This document shows positions 59,768-64,000 of a stretch of 64,000 nt of DNA, piece by piece. This stretch comes from Squalus acanthias (Eukaryota). Numbering within the stretch: position 1 is the first letter of the stretch; each line of letters opens with the position of its first letter. Below the pieces are notes generated by a model that saw nothing but the letters and a program-made list of their open reading frames with translations, was not told the origin of the DNA and did no database searches. The stretch covers positions 64,358,001 through 64,422,000 of the forward strand of contig CM059438.1 of the NCBI GenBank assembly GCA_030390025.1. The letters run 5' to 3'. The translations under genes were made by a program, and so were the position numbers.

Positions 59768-61270
59768 GGCTCCGATCTTTACTGGGGTGGGATTTCCAAG
59801 TGGGGGGGGAGGAGTTCTGGTCAGTATACCCGGAACCTTTGGTTTCCCCGAATGCTGTGGAGTTTTCACCAAGCTAAATAGGCCAATCTAAAGATTTCTA
59901 AATGAATCCCAGTGCTCAGGTCCGATAAATGCCAAATCAGCCCTTCAGCCGAGGCAGGGCCTGGTGGCGGGGATAGGAGCAGGTTAGATTGGGAGGGCAG
60001 GGGGAAGCACTCCGGCTCCTCCTGGCCCACAGACAGTGCAGGAAAAGAACTTACCGCCTCCCTTTAGCTGCCGAGTATCTCAAGTCCTGGGAAACCCAGC
60101 TGGCCAGGGATAAATCTGGAATTTTAACTCCACAGCATGCGTGTTTCTTTTCAACCGGATCCTCGCCCGGAAGCCAGCCTGATTGATAAGGCTTGGCTCC
60201 CTGTCGGATGGGGAACGCTGCAGAAGAGGTCGCAGCCCAGGAGCAGGTCGGTATCGCGAGGGAGGTTGGGTACAGAGTGTGCCTTGTAGAGTTGGGGGTG
60301 ATCGCGGGGGATCAGAGACAGATCAGGGGCAGAGATTGGGCGGGGGGGCGAGGTGATCGCACTTGGTGGGGGGGTTCCAATCGTAGGAGGGGGTCCGATC
60401 GTGGTGGGAGGCGGTCGGTGATCGTGGGGGATGTCTGATCGCGGGGGGGCGGGGGGAAGCAGGTTAGCTTAGGGGGCTGAAGGGAAGCACTCCTGCGCCT
60501 CCTGGCCCACAGGCAGGGCTGGAAAGACACTTACCTCTTCCATACAAAAGTCCTTGCCATGGTTGGGCCTCTACTCATTGGAATTCAGAAGAATGAGAGG
60601 CGATCTTATCGAAACATATAAGATTGTGAGAGGGCTTGATCGGGTGGAGGCGGGGAGGATGTTTCCACTGCTGGGTGAGACTAGAACTAGGGGGCATAAT
60701 CTTAGAATAAGGGGCTGCCGTTTGAAAACTGAGATGAGGAGAAACTTCTTCACTCAGAGGGTAGTACATCTATGGAATTTGTTACCTCAGAGAGCTGTGG
60801 AAGCTGCGACATTAAATAAATTTTAAACGGAGATAGACAGTTTCCTAGCTGATAAGGGAATTAAGGGTTATGGGGAGCGGGCAGGGAAGTGGACGTGAGT
60901 CTAGGTTCGGATCAGCCATGATCCTATTGAATGGCGGAGCAGGCCCGAGGGGCCATATGGCCGACTCCTGCTCCTACTTCTTATGTTCTTATGGTTCTTT
61001 AGTTGCCAGGTTTCCCGAAGCCCGTTAAAGCTGGAAGAGAGAAAACAACCTGAGCATGCAGCCTCATTAAAATATTTAAATGAGCGTCCTGTCTCCTAGG
61101 AGTGGATTGGCTGCCCACTAACCCCTCCTCCCCCCCCCCCCCCACTCCCACCTCTATTAAAACCTGAAGTGGGCGAGTTCAAGGCGGGTTGTGATCGGGT
61201 TGGAGATTTAAAAAATGTTTACATCCCAACCAACCCAAAACAACCATTTTTGGGAGTTAAAATTCCCCTA
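59768..61270. mobile_element. Probable degenerate Harbinger-type MITE carrying a CR1 insertion
   Basis: Interrupts the CA tract; ends ggctccgatcttt / aaaattccccta match poorly; internal direct repeat gggaagcactcc...cctggcccacag...acttacc near 60002 and 60482. Confidence 0.5.
60560..61000 (+). mobile_element. CR1 3' fragment
   Basis: ORF 60554-60826 LGLYSLEFRRMRGDLIETYKI...; ttcttatgttcttatg tail. Confidence 0.9.
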
Positions 61271-61821
61271 ACAGACTCTCGCACACACAGACTCTCGCAC
61301 GCACACTTTTACAGCAGTACTGCAACAGCCTCAGGTGCGTCCAGCACGAGCAATAAAAGAATGATGCTCGTTGCTCTCTCCAGCACCGTGGTTGCAGCAG
61401 GACAGCCGCAGCTGAAACTGAATCAGACGCGTGTCGATGCGATGTGGACAGAGTCTGGCAGATTGAAGACACGGCCAGCACTCGTCTCTGGGAATGGCAT
61501 CGAAGCCAAAAAAAAACACACAAACAGGATCTTGGCTTGTTGGCTCAAAGTTTTTAGTTCAGCTCGGTTTGTGGTTTGGGTTTCTTGTGCAGAATATATA
61601 TTGTTTGCTGAGAAGTTTGAGGCTGAGATCAACAAATGTGAGTTTTAAAATGACTGCATCAACGCAATTTGGCTAGTTCAACACCTGCCTGAAGGGGTGA
61701 TTTGGAATCTATCTGGCCCGAGCACTACTGGGATTTATTTCGAAATCTGTAGTTTGGCCCATTTAGCCTGGTTCAATTTCTGAGCATTGTTCCTTTCCAG
61801 CTTCCTCAGCAAATATGCCAC

Positions 61822-61992
61822 GGGGTAGATCTGGACTTTGTGCGATGGTGTAAAACGGATGACGGCGAATCGGCAGCCCGTTTGACATCTCTCCCGATTT
61901 GTTTTCCCCCCCCCCCACTGACTTCAATGAAATCAGGAGAGATGTGAACCAAGCTGCCGACTACACTATCACACAAAATCAAAATCTACCCC
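61822..61992. mobile_element. Small palindromic Harbinger-type MITE
   Basis: ggggtagat / atctacccc ends; internal inverted repeats (acatctctcc / ggagagatgt; cggcagc / gctgccg). Confidence 0.7.
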
Positions 61993-62226
61993 CTTGTCGG
62001 GCTGAAGCAAGGGTGTGCGCGGGCTTCTGATGTCAATGGCTGTCAGGGACACGTGACTCCCTGCACTTCGGAGCATGTGTGGCCGTGCAGCAGCTCGTGA
62101 TTGACCACAGGAACTTCTGTCTTTATTTTCTGCGGTCTTAGTTAGGCAAAGTCCAAATTTTAAAATGGTGTAATGGTGTCAGTCAGCTGATTCCCTGGGA
62201 TATGTGTGAAACATCCTGTGGTAAGG

Positions 62227-62612
62227 CATAGAAACATAGAAACATAGAAGATAGGAGCAGGAGTAGGCCATTCAGCCCCTCGAGCCTGCTCCGCCATTCA
62301 ATGAGATCATGACTGATCATCCAAATTCAGTACCCTGTCCCTGCCTTCTCTCCATATCCCTTGATCCCTTTAGCCTTAAGAAATATATCTAACTCCTTCT
62401 TGAATATATTTAATGAATTGGCCTGAACTGCCTTCTGTGGGAGAGAATTCCACAGGTTCACCACTCTCTGGGTGAAGAAATTCCTCCTCATCTCAGTCCT
62501 AAATGGCTTACCCCTTATCCTTAGACTGTGACCCCTGGTTCTGGACTCCCCCAGCCATCAGGAACATCCTTCCTGCATCTAGTCTGTCTAGTTCTGTTAG
62601 AATTTTATGAGT
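62227..62612 (-). mobile_element. CR1 3' fragment, same subfamily as 6647-11080
   Basis: Near-identical to 6647-7025. Confidence 0.9.
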
Positions 62613-62834
62613 TTCAAAGCGGGTCTGTCGCGGTCAATGTACATGACAGGCTGCCTGCAGTCAGACATATTCAATGTGAGTGTCTGTCCCCAAAGGTACG
62701 TTTGATTGTGTTCCATGTCAAGTCACTCAAAACACAGTGGATTGTTTGTTGCCAGGGACATTTTATATGAATCATTCTTGCTGTTAGTGGCGTAAGAAGT
62801 TAATTTCTCTGTTATTGGGTGTTAAGAACCAATG

Positions 62835-63112
62835 AAAGAAAGAAAGACTTGCATTTATCTAGCACCTTTCATGACCTCACGACATCCCAAATTGCTTTAC
62901 AGACAAAGAAGTACTTTTGAAGTGTAGTCCCTGTTGTAATGTAGGAAACGCAGCAGCCAATTTGTGCACAGCAAGGTCCCACAAACAGCAATGTGATAAT
63001 GACCAAATAATCTGTTTTAGTGATGTTGGTTGAGGGATAAATATTGGCCCAGGACACTGGGGAGAACTCCACTGCTCTTCTTCGACACAGTGCCATGGGA
63101 TCTTTTACATCC
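62835..63112 (-). mobile_element. Deu-SINE 3' half
   Basis: Reverse complement of 5102-5372. Confidence 0.85.
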
Positions 63113-63195
63113 ATCCTACAGCACTGAAACAGCCCTAATCAAAGTCACAAATGACATTCTCTGTGACAGTGACCATGGTGCATGATCCTTCCTCA
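63113..63195 (+). mobile_element. L2-like fragment
   Basis: acagcactgaaacagccctaatcaaagtcacaaatgacattctctgtgac (STETALIKVTNDILC). Confidence 0.65.
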
Positions 63196-63393
63196 TTGTA
63201 GAAAATATATACAGACCCTTAATTTTAATATTTCTTGAAATGCTTTGCCAGGCAAAAAGATTTTACAAAGTGAAATAAAATTGGTGAATGCAACAAGCAG
63301 TCTTTCACTGATAAGGCAGGAAACATGGTTGTGACTGCAGGGGGTAGTGATAGTCAACAGAGATAAACAAACCCCCTGAGTATTGTAGACATG

Positions 63394-64000
63394 GGGCTGG
63401 ATTTTCATTGACCCGTGGAGGCGGGTTTGGAGGTGTGTGGGTGGTTAAAATTGCGAAAACTGGTGGGCGGGCACAAGTCCGCCTCTATCCCGCCTCCACA
63501 CAATTTTGATGAAATCGTGTCTGCTCCTCCCACCTGCGTCCCGCCTTTAAGAGACGGGATAGGCTGTTAAGGCCCTTAACAAGCACTAAATTGGCTCTAT
63601 AATGCCATTTTGAAAGGCCTTTGTGATTTTAACCCTTGTTCTACGTGAAGCACGCCTGTTCTGAAACACGATTGTGAAACCTGGCGGGAGCACATTTGGA
63701 TAGCTGACTATCAGTGAGTCGCTGGCTGGCATCTGGGAGTGGTGGAGCAAAAAAAAAGTTCTCTCTCTCTCTCTCTCTCCTGTTCATTTTGCATCCAGGT
63801 CCTCTCACAGCAAAGGCCAGGCAGTCTGTGAGGACCTTCAATGCAGCAGCAATGATGACATCATCAGAGGCGACTTTCAGACTGAAAACACTAATTGGTT
63901 CATGGGTTCCCACATGCTGGAACTCAATTGCCCAATTAGGTGAAAATTGCATCAATCTCCCACATCCAATTGCAGTCGGGTGGATAACACGAAAAGCGGA
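63394..64000 (+). mobile_element. Harbinger MITE family A, copy 4 (runs off the window end)
   Basis: gggctggattttcattgacccgtggag start; colinear with 41689-42325. Confidence 0.9.

Noticed and set aside
61169..61648. 159-aa ORF
   Set aside because: Starts in a MITE end and crosses a CA tract; no recognisable domain.

Overview
Vertebrate genomic DNA, almost certainly from a cartilaginous fish (shark or relative). This is inferred from the repeat set: CR1 LINEs with (CATAGAAA)n-type tails, Deu-domain tRNA SINEs of SacSINE1 type and an HE1-type V-SINE. I could not support any host protein-coding gene; the window looks intronic or intergenic and is mostly nested transposable elements. Contents: (1) three two-gene PIF/Harbinger DNA transposons, each with a DDE transposase and a convergent three-exon Myb/SANT gene; the one at 47076-51237 is nearly intact; (2) about nine Harbinger-type MITEs and two hAT MITEs, most with recognisable TIRs and TSDs; (3) two near full-length CR1 LINEs plus many 3' fragments; (4) old L2-like fragments; (5) three 1.5-1.8 kb solo LTRs with 4-bp TSDs; (6) four Penelope-like insertions carrying five minimal hammerhead-ribozyme motifs, one insertion being a hairpin with a ribozyme on each strand; (7) a 33-bp minisatellite that lies inside a small MITE and is split by a Harbinger element; (8) a long compound (CA)n tract. 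The most notable signals are the hammerhead motifs with helix I covariation and the four-layer MITE > minisatellite > Harbinger > CR1 nest. Family names come from motif recognition only, with no database search. I saw no clearly new protein-coding system.
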